Assembly: GCA_048498255.1 (NCBI GenBank)
Contig: JBEHYI010000001.1
Location: forward strand, 1-43,706
Direction: 5' to 3'
From: Pseudomonadota bacterium
GTDB lineage: Bacteria > Pseudomonadota > Alphaproteobacteria > Rickettsiales > UBA3002
Length of the DNA stretch: 43,706 nucleotides
Both the position numbers and the translations under genes were made by a program. Of the stretch, positions 16,592 to 25,875 are shown piece after piece; the first letter of the stretch is position 1; every line of letters begins with the position of its first letter. The notes under the pieces were generated by a model. That model made no database searches. It had not been told where the DNA came from and worked only from the letters and a program-made list of their open reading frames with translations.

Positions 16592-17551
16592 ATGACCCAC
16601 TCTATCATCACCGCCACAGGCAGCTATTTGCCTGAGAAAATTCTGACGAACGAAGATCTCGCGCGCATGGTGGAAACTAACGATGAGTGGATTCGCGAGC
16701 GCACGGGCATCACGAAACGCCACATCGCTGCCGATGGGCAGTTCACCTCGCACCTCGCGATTGAGGCGGCGAAGCGCGCGCTGACGATGGCGGGTTACGG
16801 CGCGGATAAAATCGATGGCATTGTGGTGGCAACCAGCACGCCGGATACGACCATGCCTTCGGTGGCAGCAAAAGTGCAAGCCGCACTCGGCGTCACCCGC
16901 GGCCCGGCGGTGGATGCATCGGCGGCATGCACGGGTTTCATCTACGCGCTCAGCATCGCGCATGGGTGGATTCAAACCGGCATCGCTTCGCGCATTTTGG
17001 TGATCGGCGCAGAGACCATGTCGCGCATTATCGATTGGAAAGATCGCGGTACCTGCATCCTGTTTGGTGACGGGGCAGGGGCGGTGATTTTGGAGGCGAG
17101 CAACGATGCCTCGCGCGGCATCAAAGCTATCAGCCTCGAAGCCGCCGGTGAATTCGGCCCGCTGCTGGGCACCAATGGCGGCGTGGCGAGCACCCAAACC
17201 GCCGGGGTTTTGCACATGGAGGGCCAGGAAGTCTTCCGCCACGGGGTCGAAAAAATGGCGAATATCGCCTTATCCACCGTCGCCAAAGCGGGCCTCGAAA
17301 TGGGGCAGGTGGACTGGCTGATTCCCCACCAGGCCAACGCGCGAATGATTCGCATGATCGCCCGAACTCTGCGGGTTTCCGAGGATAAATGCGTGGTCAC
17401 CGTCACCCACCATGCCAACACGTCCGCAGCCACAATTCCCCTCGCGCTCGATGAAGCGAACCGTGATGGACGTTTGAAAAAGCAGCAAATTATCGCCATG
17501 CCTGCACTTGGCGCTGGACTTACATGGGGTTGTGCTGTAATTTCGTGGTAG
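16592..17551 (+). CDS. fabH: 3-oxoacyl-ACP synthase III
   Basis: TNDEWIRERTGI, active-site region ASAACTGFIYAL, HQAN and GAGLTWG. Confidence 0.95.
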   Translation: MTHSIITATGSYLPEKILTNEDLARMVETNDEWIRERTGITKRHIAADGQFTSHLAIEAAKRALTMAGYGADKIDGIVVATSTPDTTMPSVAAKVQAALGVTRGPAVDASAACTGFIYALSIAHGWIQTGIASRILVIGAETMSRIIDWKDRGTCILFGDGAGAVILEASNDASRGIKAISLEAAGEFGPLLGTNGGVASTQTAGVLHMEGQEVFRHGVEKMANIALSTVAKAGLEMGQVDWLIPHQANARMIRMIARTLRVSEDKCVVTVTHHANTSAATIPLALDEANRDGRLKKQQIIAMPALGAGLTWGCAVISW

Positions 17552-17577
17552 CTAAGCCTTTGAAATGAGGATGTACC

Positions 17578-17871
17578 ATGTCGCAAAAAACCTTGACCCG
17601 CGCTGATCTTTCGAACGCTGTTTACCGTGAAATCGGCCTGTCACTTTCCGAGTCAACCCAACTGGTCGATGCCGTGCTCGAAGAAGTTTCGGCCGCACTT
17701 GCCGAAGGTCACTCGGTGAAACTCTCCTCATTCGGCACCTTCAAACTCCGCCGCAAAAAAGAACGTGTCGGCCGTAACCCGAAGACGGGGGTCGAAGTGC
17801 CGATCACGCCGCGCACCGTGCTTTCCTTCAGCGCGAGCAACATTCTCAAGCAGGCTGTGAATAAGGCATAA
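17578..17871 (+). CDS. ihfA: Integration host factor subunit alpha
   Basis: [17 protein letters not shown]...GFGTF-like [27 protein letters not shown], a typical IHF/HU-fold sequence, 97 aa. Confidence 0.93.
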   Translation: MSQKTLTRADLSNAVYREIGLSLSESTQLVDAVLEEVSAALAEGHSVKLSSFGTFKLRRKKERVGRNPKTGVEVPITPRTVLSFSASNILKQAVNKA

Positions 17872-17953
17872 TTTTTTGTTCGCGTTTTGATGCGACTGCC
17901 CTATCAATGGTGATTATAAGTAATAAAAATCACCACCGACACACGGGGTATCC

Positions 17954-18505
17954 ATGGCAAGCACTGAGTTTTCGCTGTTTTTGCACGACCTAAGCGAACC
18001 GAAGAAAGAAAAATCCGCTACCGCACTACGCACCATCAGCGAAGCATCGGAGATGCTCGATGTGCCGCAACATGTGCTGCGTTTCTGGGAAACCAAATTC
18101 CCGCAGATCAAGCCGTTGAAGCGCAATGGCGGCCGCCGGTTCTACCGCCCGCAGGATTTGGATGTGCTGCAGCAAATCAAGCATTTGCTCTACAGCCAGG
18201 GCTACACCATCAAGGGTGCAAAAAAGGCGGTGGATGAGTTCATTCATGCGCGCGGCGAACGCATCGTCAGCCCCACCGAGTGGATCAGCGCACTGCCACC
18301 CGCGAACTCGAACGATAATTTCGTGATCGAAGAGCAGGTGGATGTCTTCGCCGAACTCGCGGAAGCGCTGAACGAGGAAGCGGTGCAGGAAATTGCGACA
18401 CCGATCATCCAAAGCTTCTTCCCGCGCGAAGAGCTGCAAGCCATGCGCGCCGAGCTCGCCGCGGGGCGGGATGCGTTGATGGCGGTGTTGCCGGTAAACG
18501 CGTAA
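17954..18505 (+). CDS. MerR-family transcriptional regulator (the type conserved downstream of ihfA in alphaproteobacteria)
   Basis: [47 protein letters not shown] is a MerR HTH. Confidence 0.85.
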   Translation: MASTEFSLFLHDLSEPKKEKSATALRTISEASEMLDVPQHVLRFWETKFPQIKPLKRNGGRRFYRPQDLDVLQQIKHLLYSQGYTIKGAKKAVDEFIHARGERIVSPTEWISALPPANSNDNFVIEEQVDVFAELAEALNEEAVQEIATPIIQSFFPREELQAMRAELAAGRDALMAVLPVNA

Positions 18506-18527
18506 ACCACCGAAACGAATCTACGAG

Positions 18528-18552
18528 AAAGCCACCGCAAGGTGGCTTTTTT
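18528..18552 (+). terminator. Rho-independent terminator after the MerR-family gene
   Basis: agccacc-gcaa-ggtggct is a perfect 7-bp stem followed by tttttt. Confidence 0.8.
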
Positions 18553-18559
18553 ATGCGTG

Positions 18560-20266
18560 TTACGCCGCTTCCGAAATCCGCCGAATGCACTGGTTCAGCG
18601 CATCCACATTGCTTGAGGCTTGCTGCATATTGGTCGAAATTTCCTTCGTCACCGAGCTTTGCTCCTCAATCGCGGAGGCCACCGCATTCACCGAATGGCT
18701 CACCGATTCCGTCGCCGCGTTAACACCGCTCGAGCTCTCCGCGGCTTTCGCTGCCATCGCCTGCAGGTCGGTGATTTTTCCGGCAATGTCATCCGTCGCC
18801 TTGTTTACCTCATTGGCCAGCGTCTTCACCTCGCTCGCCACCACGGCGAAACCCTTGCCGGCATCGCCCGCCCGCGCGGCCTCGATCGTCGCGTTGAGCG
18901 CCAGCAGATTCACCTGACTCGCAATGTTGCGAATCATATCGACCACGCTTTCCATCGATTTCGCGGTGCTTTGCAAATCCGCCGTGATCGCGGTGGATTG
19001 CTGAATTTTGCTCGCAATGTTGCTCACTTCCTGCGTCGAGTTCAGCATGTTGCGGCTAATTTCGCCGATGGATGCGGTCATCTCTTCCGCCGCCGCCGCC
19101 ACCGCCTGGATGGAGCCGTGCAAATCCTCCGTCAGCCCTTGCGAATTTTTGCGCGCGGCCACTTGCGCGGTGATGTCTGACGCATATTTCACCACTTTGA
19201 ACGGCTTGCCGCTCATATCGAAAATCGGGTTGTAGCTGGCTTGAATCCACACTTCTTTGCCGCCTTTGCCAAAACGCTGATACTCACCGGCGGAATATTC
19301 CCCACGGCGGAGTTTTTCCCAGAATTCCTTATATTCCACGCTTGTTGTGAACGCTGAGTCGGCGAACATACTGTGATGCTTGCCTTGAATTTCCGTGAGG
19401 CTATAGCCCATCGCGTTCAGGAAATTTTCGTTGGCAGTGATGATCGTGCCATCCATGTTAAACTCGATCACCGCCTGCGACTTCCCGATGGCGGAAATTT
19501 GGCCGGAATAGTCTGCATTTTTGAGCTTTTGCGCGGTGATGTCACTGGCGTATTTCACTACTTTAAACGGTGTGCCGCTCATATCGAAAATCGGGTTGTA
19601 GCTAGCTTGAATCCACACTTCTTTGCCGCCTTTGCCAAAGCGCTGATACTCGCCCGCAGAATATTCTCCACGGCCAAGCTTCTTCCAAAACTCCTTATAT
19701 TCCGCACTCGCGGCAAAAGCCGGATCCGCAAACATGCTGTGATGCTTGCCTTGAATTTCCGCGAGGCTGTAGCCCATCGCATTCAGGAAATTTTCGTTGG
19801 CGATGATGATCGTGCCATCCATGTTAAACTCGATCACCGCTTGCGACTTCCCGATGGCAGAAATCTGGCCGAGATAATCCGCATTGCGCAGCTTTTCAGC
19901 AGTGATGTCGGTTGCAATTTTTAGCACTTTGTAAGGCTTGCCCGATTTATCGAAGACGGGGTTGTAACTCGCCTCGATCCAGATTTCTTTACCGCCTTTG
20001 CCGTAGCGTTGAAACTGCCCTGCCTCATAAGCGCCGCTGCCGAGCTTCTGCCAGAATTCCTTATATTCCGTGCTTTCGGCGTAAGCGGGGTCGACAAACA
20101 TGCGGTGGTGCTTGCCCTGAATTTCTTTGAGCGTGTAGCCCATCGCGTTCAGAAAATTCTCGTTCGCGCTGATGATGGTGCCATCCAGTTCGAATTGAAT
20201 CGTTGCTTGGGATTTGTTGATCGCATGCAGGTCCGGCTCCGCACTGGCCTTACGTTTTGACAGCAT
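18560..20266 (-). CDS. Soluble methyl-accepting chemotaxis protein with three tandem PAS domains and a short MA signalling domain. No TM or HAMP seen
   Basis: Three copies of [32 protein letters not shown]...YNP(I/V)FD. C-terminal [32 protein letters not shown]. Confidence 0.9.
   Translation of the reverse strand: MLSKRKASAEPDLHAINKSQATIQFELDGTIISANENFLNAMGYTLKEIQGKHHRMFVDPAYAESTEYKEFWQKLGSGAYEAGQFQRYGKGGKEIWIEASYNPVFDKSGKPYKVLKIATDITAEKLRNADYLGQISAIGKSQAVIEFNMDGTIIIANENFLNAMGYSLAEIQGKHHSMFADPAFAASAEYKEFWKKLGRGEYSAGEYQRFGKGGKEVWIQASYNPIFDMSGTPFKVVKYASDITAQKLKNADYSGQISAIGKSQAVIEFNMDGTIITANENFLNAMGYSLTEIQGKHHSMFADSAFTTSVEYKEFWEKLRRGEYSAGEYQRFGKGGKEVWIQASYNPIFDMSGKPFKVVKYASDITAQVAARKNSQGLTEDLHGSIQAVAAAAEEMTASIGEISRNMLNSTQEVSNIASKIQQSTAITADLQSTAKSMESVVDMIRNIASQVNLLALNATIEAARAGDAGKGFAVVASEVKTLANEVNKATDDIAGKITDLQAMAAKAAESSSGVNAATESVSHSVNAVASAIEEQSSVTKEISTNMQQASSNVDALNQCIRRISEAA
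19163..20260. repeat. Three tandem 366-bp coding repeats (PAS modules). Units 2 and 3 are very similar at DNA level
   Basis: gccgctcatatcgaaaatcgggttgtagct occurs at 19208 and again at 19574 (offset 366). A more diverged copy starts at 19940. Protein period is 122 aa. Confidence 0.85.
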
Positions 20267-20402
20267 AAATTACCCTTTTTAGGTGTCGTTATGGGGCAAT
20301 TCATACACCAAAAAGGTGCAATAAGGAATGCGGAATGTAATTATATATGGTTCCCGAATATGAGAAATCATTCCTGATGCAGATTTACATGGGACGGGGC
20401 AA

Positions 20403-20431
20403 TAAAAAAGGCACCGCAAGGGCACCTTTTT
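20403..20431 (-). terminator. Likely terminator downstream of tRNA-Pro(GGG)
   Basis: Minus-strand RNA ggugcc-cuugc-ggugcc forms a stem of G-C, G-C, U-G, G-U, C-G, C-G, followed by uuuuuu. The wobble pairs work only on the minus-strand transcript. Confidence 0.55.
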
Positions 20432-20433
20432 AA

Positions 20434-20510
20434 TGGTCGGAACGACAGGATTTGAACCTGCGACCCCTAGTCCCCCAGACTAGTGCGCTACCGGGCTGCG
20501 CTACGCTCCG
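20434..20510 (-). tRNA. tRNA-Pro (anticodon GGG)
   Basis: Reverse complement CGGAGCG-TA-GCGC-AGCCCGGTA-GCGC-A-CTAGT-CTGGGGG-ACTAG-GGGTC-GCAGG-TTCAAAT-CCTGT-CGTTCCG-A-CCA folds as a cloverleaf, 77 nt with encoded CCA. Confidence 0.9.
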
Positions 20511-20562
20511 ACTCGGCTGGCATGGTTAGAGAGTTCGTCCCGATCATGCAAGCAGAAAGCCA

Positions 20563-21873
20563 CTATTCCGGCAGCGGCTCGCGCCATTTATCCTTGTAGG
20601 TCGAGATGAAGACGAACGAGACAACACCCGCGCCGATCATCAACCACACGATCGACATATTGCTGCCCGTATCCTTGATGAGATATTCCGCAAAGGATGG
20701 CGTAAACCCACCGATAATCGCGCAGAGGTTATAAGCGAGCGACATGCCGGTATAGCGCACGCTGGTTGGGAAAATCTCGACGAGCGTTGCCGGAATCGGC
20801 CCAAGATACCAGCCCAAAATCAGCGCGAGAATGCACTGGCCCGCAAGCACATGCATGAAGCTGGCCGGGGTTGCAATCGCGCCCGTATCGTCAAACGTCA
20901 GGCCCGTTTGCATGAGCGTGAAGGCCGGGAAAGCAAGCAAAATCATCGCCACAATCGCCATCAGCAGCACGCGTTTGCGGCCAATTTTATCGGCAAGTTT
21001 CGCTGCCGGGTAAATCAGGATGAACATGCACGCCATGGCGAGCGAGTTGACGAGCAGCGCGTCGCTCTCGGGCAGGCCGAGATGCTTCTTGCTATAAGCA
21101 ATCGTGTAAATCGCGATGATGTAGAACGGAATCGTCACGAAAATATAGGCCATGAATGCGCGCAGCATTTTGGTCGGGTATTTGCAGAACGTGTCGCGCA
21201 CCGGGTTGGGCGAAAGCGCGCCATCCTTTTTCGCTTGCTCATAGACCGGGCTCTCCTCGCCATGATGGCGGATGTAGTAGCCCACAAAGCCAATCCCCAC
21301 GCCGAAGAAGAAGGGGAGGCGCCAGCCCCAGGCATAAAACTGCTCTTCGGTCACGAGCGAAGCCACAACGGTCGACACCAGCGAGCCGAAGAGGAAGCCG
21401 ATGACCAAGCTCAGCTTGATCACGCTGCCGATGGTCGAGCGTTTATCCGCCGGGGCGTGCTCCACCACATAGGAGATCGAGCCCGAATAAGCACCGCCGA
21501 GCGAAAGGCCCTGCACAATGCGAATCAGCGTCAGCAAAATCGGTGCAGCAATGCCGATGGTTTCATAGCTTGGCAGCAGGCCGATACAGCCGGTCGGCAC
21601 CGCCATCATCATCATGGAGAGGGTGAGGGCCTTTTTGCGGCCGTAACGGTCGCCAATGCGGCCGAACACGATGGCCCCCAGCGGGCGGGCAATAAAGCCG
21701 GACGCGAAGATGAGCAGCGTCAAAATCAGGTTTTTGCTGTCATCGCCAGCCGGGAAAAACAGCTTCGAAAACACGATCGACATATGCCCATACAGCGCAT
21801 AATCGTACCACTCTAACCCGTTGCCGAGCATACCAGAAATGATTACTTTGCTCTTGCCACCAAACAATGCCAT
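20563..21873 (-). CDS. MFS transporter, metabolite:H+ symporter (MHS; ProP/KgtP-like) family
   Basis: GNGLEWYDYALYG, GRIGDRYGRKK, and about 12 hydrophobic segments. Start set at ATG 21873, which has a GGGGGA SD 4 nt upstream. The track start at 21933 is a TTG. Confidence 0.85.
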   Translation of the reverse strand: MALFGGKSKVIISGMLGNGLEWYDYALYGHMSIVFSKLFFPAGDDSKNLILTLLIFASGFIARPLGAIVFGRIGDRYGRKKALTLSMMMMAVPTGCIGLLPSYETIGIAAPILLTLIRIVQGLSLGGAYSGSISYVVEHAPADKRSTIGSVIKLSLVIGFLFGSLVSTVVASLVTEEQFYAWGWRLPFFFGVGIGFVGYYIRHHGEESPVYEQAKKDGALSPNPVRDTFCKYPTKMLRAFMAYIFVTIPFYIIAIYTIAYSKKHLGLPESDALLVNSLAMACMFILIYPAAKLADKIGRKRVLLMAIVAMILLAFPAFTLMQTGLTFDDTGAIATPASFMHVLAGQCILALILGWYLGPIPATLVEIFPTSVRYTGMSLAYNLCAIIGGFTPSFAEYLIKDTGSNMSIVWLMIGAGVVSFVFISTYKDKWREPLPE

Positions 21874-22083
21874 TGCGTCCCCCAGAGTATCTGTAACGGC
21901 TGGCGACATTAGCGATAGAAACGCGAATGCCAAGCAGAAACGATGTTGCAGTGCGGTAGTTCGGTGGACAACCTGTTCTTGAATCGTGAAAAAAATGCGT
22001 TCCTGACATCAAATTGTCACATTTCTTTGTTACATTGAAGGTTGAGAAACCCTTGGAATGCCATGGCATTTCATTAACAAAGG

Positions 22084-23607
22084 ATGATATTTTCGTTGGC
22101 GATTTACCGTTATCAAAATGAATCTTTGATCGACTCGCTCCATATTCTCACCAACGAGAAGGGCGGATTGCGCGCCTATTTATACGCGGAAAACGGCGCG
22201 CAAAGCGAAGCGCTGCGCATCCTGAAACAATCGCTGCGCACACAAAATTACAAATGCGTGCCGACCTTGTATGACGGCAAACCCGTGCTCGAGGTGCGCG
22301 GCTTCGATAAACCCGAGCAGCTGATTAGCCTACTTAGCGATTTGCATGCGATCAAAGGCACACCGGAAATGGTGATGGAGGAGGGAGACAAGCGCACGAA
22401 CAAGGAGAAGCTTGGCAATTCAACGCTCAAAATGGCCGGTGGTTTTTATAATATCGGCGATATCTCCTACATGTATTACAAAGGTGCGCCGCTGCTTGAG
22501 CAATGGAAACATTTCCCCAAAGGTGAAAAATTCGGCGGTAAATTCTTCGGCATTCTGGATGTCGTCGCGGGTGTGGGCTATGGGCTTGGCAGCTTAGTCC
22601 TCACTTTCTTCGGTTCGCGTGACCAATCGCTCAACACCATTCGCACCGCCACCGCGCAAATCGAGCGTTACGCACGCAAAGAGAATTACGAAATCACGCC
22701 AGAAAGCAGCATCGCTTTCGTGAATCAAGACCCCAAGCGCGGCTTCTTCGGCAGCATCAAACAAGCGCTCGAGCGCTACCCATCCGAGATTTTTAACTCG
22801 ATCTACGTCTTCGTGGGGCTCTTCCTTTCGGCCGCGGCGGTCTATCACTCCACTCGCCCAATTGATAAGGCGCTACCTGTAGCAGAGTTAAAAAAGGCTT
22901 TGAAAGCGCAGTTTTGGAACAGGGTTGATGTTGGGCTTGGTGTCGTTACTGCTACCTCCGCCATCACCGGCCTGGTGGTGAAGGAGCAAAAACCCGTCAA
23001 AGGCGACCCGAAGCGCGATGGCATTGGCGGCGTGATTGATTGGATCCGCGAAAAGCCCCTACGTGCGACCGGGATCGGCTATATGATCGCAACCGGCTTT
23101 CACGCATGGTCCACCACTGGAATGTGGGTAGACAAAACGGAAAAGCCCCAATACCTCATCGGTCGCGCAATCTTTATCGTGGCGAATGTGGCTTCTGAAT
23201 TTCTGCTCGCCGTTTCCTCGAAAGGTCACGGCGTTGGCGTTAAGCCTGATGCCAGCGTCGATAACAGCGTGATCGCCGCCACTTCGGAATTGATCCTGCG
23301 TCAGCCGCCGGAGAAGCACGAGGCGATGATTCAGCGCCTTGCGGGCTATATGGCCGTGCCGGAAGTGCTAGGCGGGGATGCGGAAACCATCGCCAAGGAG
23401 CTGCGCACGCACCTCGCTGCGCTGAAGCAAAACCCCTGGACCAAGCATTACGTGTTCGTGCCCAACGGCAGCGGCGAAAAAACGGCGGTGGAAACCGAGC
23501 TCGCCAACATGCCAGCGCAGGAAGCACCCGCGAAGCCCGCCAATATCGTCAGCGGTGGCATTGAATATGTCGCCAAGCAGCAAGCCCCTGAGCTTGCCCT
23601 TGCTTAA
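22084..23607 (+). CDS. Hypothetical integral membrane protein, 507 aa (soluble N-terminal domain of about 150 aa, about 5 TM segments, soluble C-terminal tail)
   Basis: Hydrophobic stretches FFGILDVVAGVGYGLGSLVLTFFG, IFNSIYVFVGLFLSAAAVY, VDVGLGVVTATSAITGLVV, GIGYMIATGFHAWSTTGMW and AIFIVANVASEFLLAVS. No family recognised. Confidence 0.6.
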   Translation: MIFSLAIYRYQNESLIDSLHILTNEKGGLRAYLYAENGAQSEALRILKQSLRTQNYKCVPTLYDGKPVLEVRGFDKPEQLISLLSDLHAIKGTPEMVMEEGDKRTNKEKLGNSTLKMAGGFYNIGDISYMYYKGAPLLEQWKHFPKGEKFGGKFFGILDVVAGVGYGLGSLVLTFFGSRDQSLNTIRTATAQIERYARKENYEITPESSIAFVNQDPKRGFFGSIKQALERYPSEIFNSIYVFVGLFLSAAAVYHSTRPIDKALPVAELKKALKAQFWNRVDVGLGVVTATSAITGLVVKEQKPVKGDPKRDGIGGVIDWIREKPLRATGIGYMIATGFHAWSTTGMWVDKTEKPQYLIGRAIFIVANVASEFLLAVSSKGHGVGVKPDASVDNSVIAATSELILRQPPEKHEAMIQRLAGYMAVPEVLGGDAETIAKELRTHLAALKQNPWTKHYVFVPNGSGEKTAVETELANMPAQEAPAKPANIVSGGIEYVAKQQAPELALA

Positions 23608-23735
23608 GCCGTCGGCAAAACAGCACACTGTATAATTATCTCATCGGCGATCACCCCAGCGCGACAATTTCTCATTGCCATCACTCTTCCTTTTGATTGA
23701 ATAGGCATAAGCAATATTCAATCCAAGGTAGTGTT

Positions 23736-24890
23736 ATGCCCTATCCATTGACCTTCCCCAAAACGGATACGCCGCTGCATGTGCTGGTGGTGGACGACCA
23801 GGAATTCGACCGCAAAATGATCGTCACCCGCCTGCGCGAGGTCGCCCCGCCGGAGACCATGATCGTTGAGGCCGATTGCGGCGAGGAGGCGATGACCGCG
23901 ATCGCGAGCACGCCCATGCCGTTCGATGCGGCGCTGATCGATATGAACCTGCCGGATGTGCATGGCCTGGACCTCACCACCATGATGCTTGGCGTGCGGC
24001 CGGACCTCAGCATTGTGATGATTACCGTCGAAACGGATATGGACAAGGCGCTCAAATGCCTCAAAGCCGGCGCGCAGGATTTCCTCATCAAAGGCGAATA
24101 CAGCAACATCAATCTTTACCGCTCCGTGCGCTACGCCATCGAGCGCCACCGCGCCGCGCGCGAGAATTACAAGCTGAGCCAGGACCTCGAGCGCGAGCGG
24201 GAGCTGAGCGCCGCGCAGAAGGAATTCATCCATCTCGTCAGCCATGAATTCCGCACGCCGATTGCGATTATTTCCGGCGCTACCCAATTGCTCGCCGCCA
24301 AAGCGCCGGAGCTTGCCGCCGGTGCGGGTGCCACGCAGTTCAAAAAAATCACCGGTGCGCTGGATCGCCTCGTTGGTCTGCTCGATAACGTGCTGCGCTT
24401 GAGTTTGGTGGAGGAGGGCAAGGAGGTCTTCACCCCCGCCATGTTCGATATGTGCGACGCGATTCGCCTCGTCGCCGAATGTTTCGACCAGCAGCGCATC
24501 GCCTGCGAGATTGGCGACAAGCCCATGCATTATTACGGCGACCAGCGCCTGGTGGAATATGCGCTGCATAACGTCATCAGCAATGCGATGAAATTTTCAC
24601 CCGCAGAAAGCCCGGTGCGCATCACGCTCACCCCATTACCCGCTGGCCTCGAAATCCGGGTGGTGGATCAGGGCGCGGGCATGTCCGCCGAGGCTATCGC
24701 CCGCGCCGGGGAGAAATTCCACCGCGACAAGCGCACCTCACACATCGAAGGCACGGGCCTTGGCATTCACCTCGCGCGGCGCTTTATGGAATACCATGCG
24801 GGCGAGCTTTCCTTCGAAAGCGAGCTGGGCAAAGGCACAACCGTGCGCCTGTTTTTCCCTTATTCCGCGGCGTTAGTGCAGGTGGATTAG
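23736..24890 (+). CDS. Hybrid sensor: N-terminal response-regulator receiver fused to HisKA and HATPase_c histidine kinase
   Basis: REC: VLVVDDQEFD...ALIDMNLPDVHG...KAGAQDFLIKG. H-box: HLVSHEFRTPIA. N/G boxes: NVISNAMKF, DQGAGM, GTGLGIHLAR. Start moved to ATG 23736; the track start is a TTG. Confidence 0.88.
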   Translation: MPYPLTFPKTDTPLHVLVVDDQEFDRKMIVTRLREVAPPETMIVEADCGEEAMTAIASTPMPFDAALIDMNLPDVHGLDLTTMMLGVRPDLSIVMITVETDMDKALKCLKAGAQDFLIKGEYSNINLYRSVRYAIERHRAARENYKLSQDLERERELSAAQKEFIHLVSHEFRTPIAIISGATQLLAAKAPELAAGAGATQFKKITGALDRLVGLLDNVLRLSLVEEGKEVFTPAMFDMCDAIRLVAECFDQQRIACEIGDKPMHYYGDQRLVEYALHNVISNAMKFSPAESPVRITLTPLPAGLEIRVVDQGAGMSAEAIARAGEKFHRDKRTSHIEGTGLGIHLARRFMEYHAGELSFESELGKGTTVRLFFPYSAALVQVD

Positions 24891-25153
24891 CGCATATCCT
24901 GAAATATTTTGCGGGTCACCACATCCGCCTGCAAACACAATTCATGCACGGCATTGTAAATTGCCTTGGCTTCCTCGACCGTGCTTTGGCCACCCAGCAC
25001 GCACTCATAATCCCGATACAGCTTGCGGGTGCTGCACGCCAGCAGCTCATCGCGCAGCCGGTGGATGGTATCAAGCAGTTGCATGGATTCTTGCTGGCGA
25101 TTTAAGCGCTTTAAGCGCCGCAAAACCGGTTCGCTCATTTGTTGCTCATCCAT
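24887..25153 (-). CDS. Hypothetical helical protein, 88 aa
   Basis: ATG start. Same strand as the XRE gene and 73 nt downstream of it. Its stop overlaps the kinase stop by 4 nt. No family recognised. Confidence 0.5.
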   Translation of the reverse strand: MDEQQMSEPVLRRLKRLNRQQESMQLLDTIHRLRDELLACSTRKLYRDYECVLGGQSTVEEAKAIYNAVHELCLQADVVTRKIFQDMR

Positions 25154-25163
25154 ACCATTCCCC

Positions 25164-25209
25164 CTGATAGCGCAGCACTATCAGTTTTGGTGGACAGAAT
25201 CAACCAAAA
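25164..25209. promoter_or_regulatory. Two adjacent perfect 7-bp inverted repeats between the XRE gene and the 88-aa gene (operator or terminator candidates)
   Basis: ctgatag-N7-ctatcag (25164-25184) and ttttggt-N11-accaaaa (25185-25209). The first lies 11 nt upstream of the 88-aa ATG on the minus strand. Confidence 0.35.
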
Positions 25210-25226
25210 TGAATAATAGAATAAAT

Positions 25227-25577
25227 CTAATTTTTCGGTTTGCCCTTGAAACCAGGTGTCGTTTTCTCAGCCAAATAATCCGCCATATTGGCAACGGTTT
25301 TTTGCTCCGTCGGCGAGAGCGCGCGGTAGGTTTGCAGTAGCTTCATTTCATCCGTACTGGCATTCGCTGAGGCCTCGACCAAATCCATGGGATGGCACTC
25401 TAACGCATTGGCAAGTAACTGTATCCACTCCCACGTGAGTCGGCGCTCACGGTTCTCCAAACGTCCGATTTGCTGGTTGGAAGTACCGGTTTTTTCTGCC
25501 AATTGCTCTTGGGTGAGGCCGCGATCTTCCCGAACATCTCGGATGCGGTTGGCCGGGTATTTTGAAGTACGTTTCAT
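25227..25577 (-). CDS. XRE-family helix-turn-helix transcriptional regulator
   Basis: IRDVREDRGLTQEQLAEKTGTSNQQIGRLENRERRLTWEWIQLLANAL is a Cro/C1-type HTH. Start set at ATG 25577. Confidence 0.85.
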   Translation of the reverse strand: MKRTSKYPANRIRDVREDRGLTQEQLAEKTGTSNQQIGRLENRERRLTWEWIQLLANALECHPMDLVEASANASTDEMKLLQTYRALSPTEQKTVANMADYLAEKTTPGFKGKPKN

Positions 25578-25700
25578 ACCGCGATGATCCACCAAAAAGG
25601 TGGATTTATCCAGCGCCAGAATGGTTGATTGCAGTCATCAAAAGAGGGATTTGTGCACTTCACATATGGCCTGCCACCCGAAGCCCTTTAGGGCGTAGGG

Positions 25701-25777
25701 TGGTCGGGGCGAGAGGATTCGAACCTCCGGCCTCCTGCTCCCGAAGCAGGCGCGCTACCAGGCTGCGCTACGCCCCG
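25701..25777 (-). tRNA. tRNA-Pro (anticodon CGG)
   Basis: Reverse complement CGGGGCG-TA-GCGC-AGCCTGGTA-GCGC-G-CCTGC-TTCGGGA-GCAGG-AGGCC-GGAGG-TTCGAAT-CCTCT-CGCCCCG-A-CCA. Confidence 0.9.
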
Positions 25778-25875
25778 ACATTTGGCGTGGACGGACGCTA
25801 TAGCGGTGGAGCCAGCGCTGGTCAAGCGCCGGATGGCGGCATGAAAATATTATCGGGAAAAAGGTGAGGGGAGGC

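Noticed and set aside
19163-20260. Possibility that the regular 366-bp repeats represent a CRISPR-like or satellite array
   Set aside because: The period is far too long, the repeats are contiguous without spacers, and they translate into PAS domains within one ORF.
22000-25700. Direct repeat of the tRNA-Pro(CGG) 3-prime end that would delimit an integrated island (att site)
   Set aside because: I found no partial copy of tggtcggggcgagaggattcgaacc by eye, and no integrase is present. The island idea is kept only as a low-confidence remark.
25672-25703. Hairpin ccaccc...gggtgg overlapping the 3-prime end of tRNA-Pro(CGG) as a terminator
   Set aside because: No T-run follows it on the minus strand and it overlaps the acceptor end, so it is not convincing as a terminator.
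25562-25867. 101-aa plus-strand ORF
   Set aside because: It runs straight through tRNA-Pro(CGG), so it is not a plausible gene.
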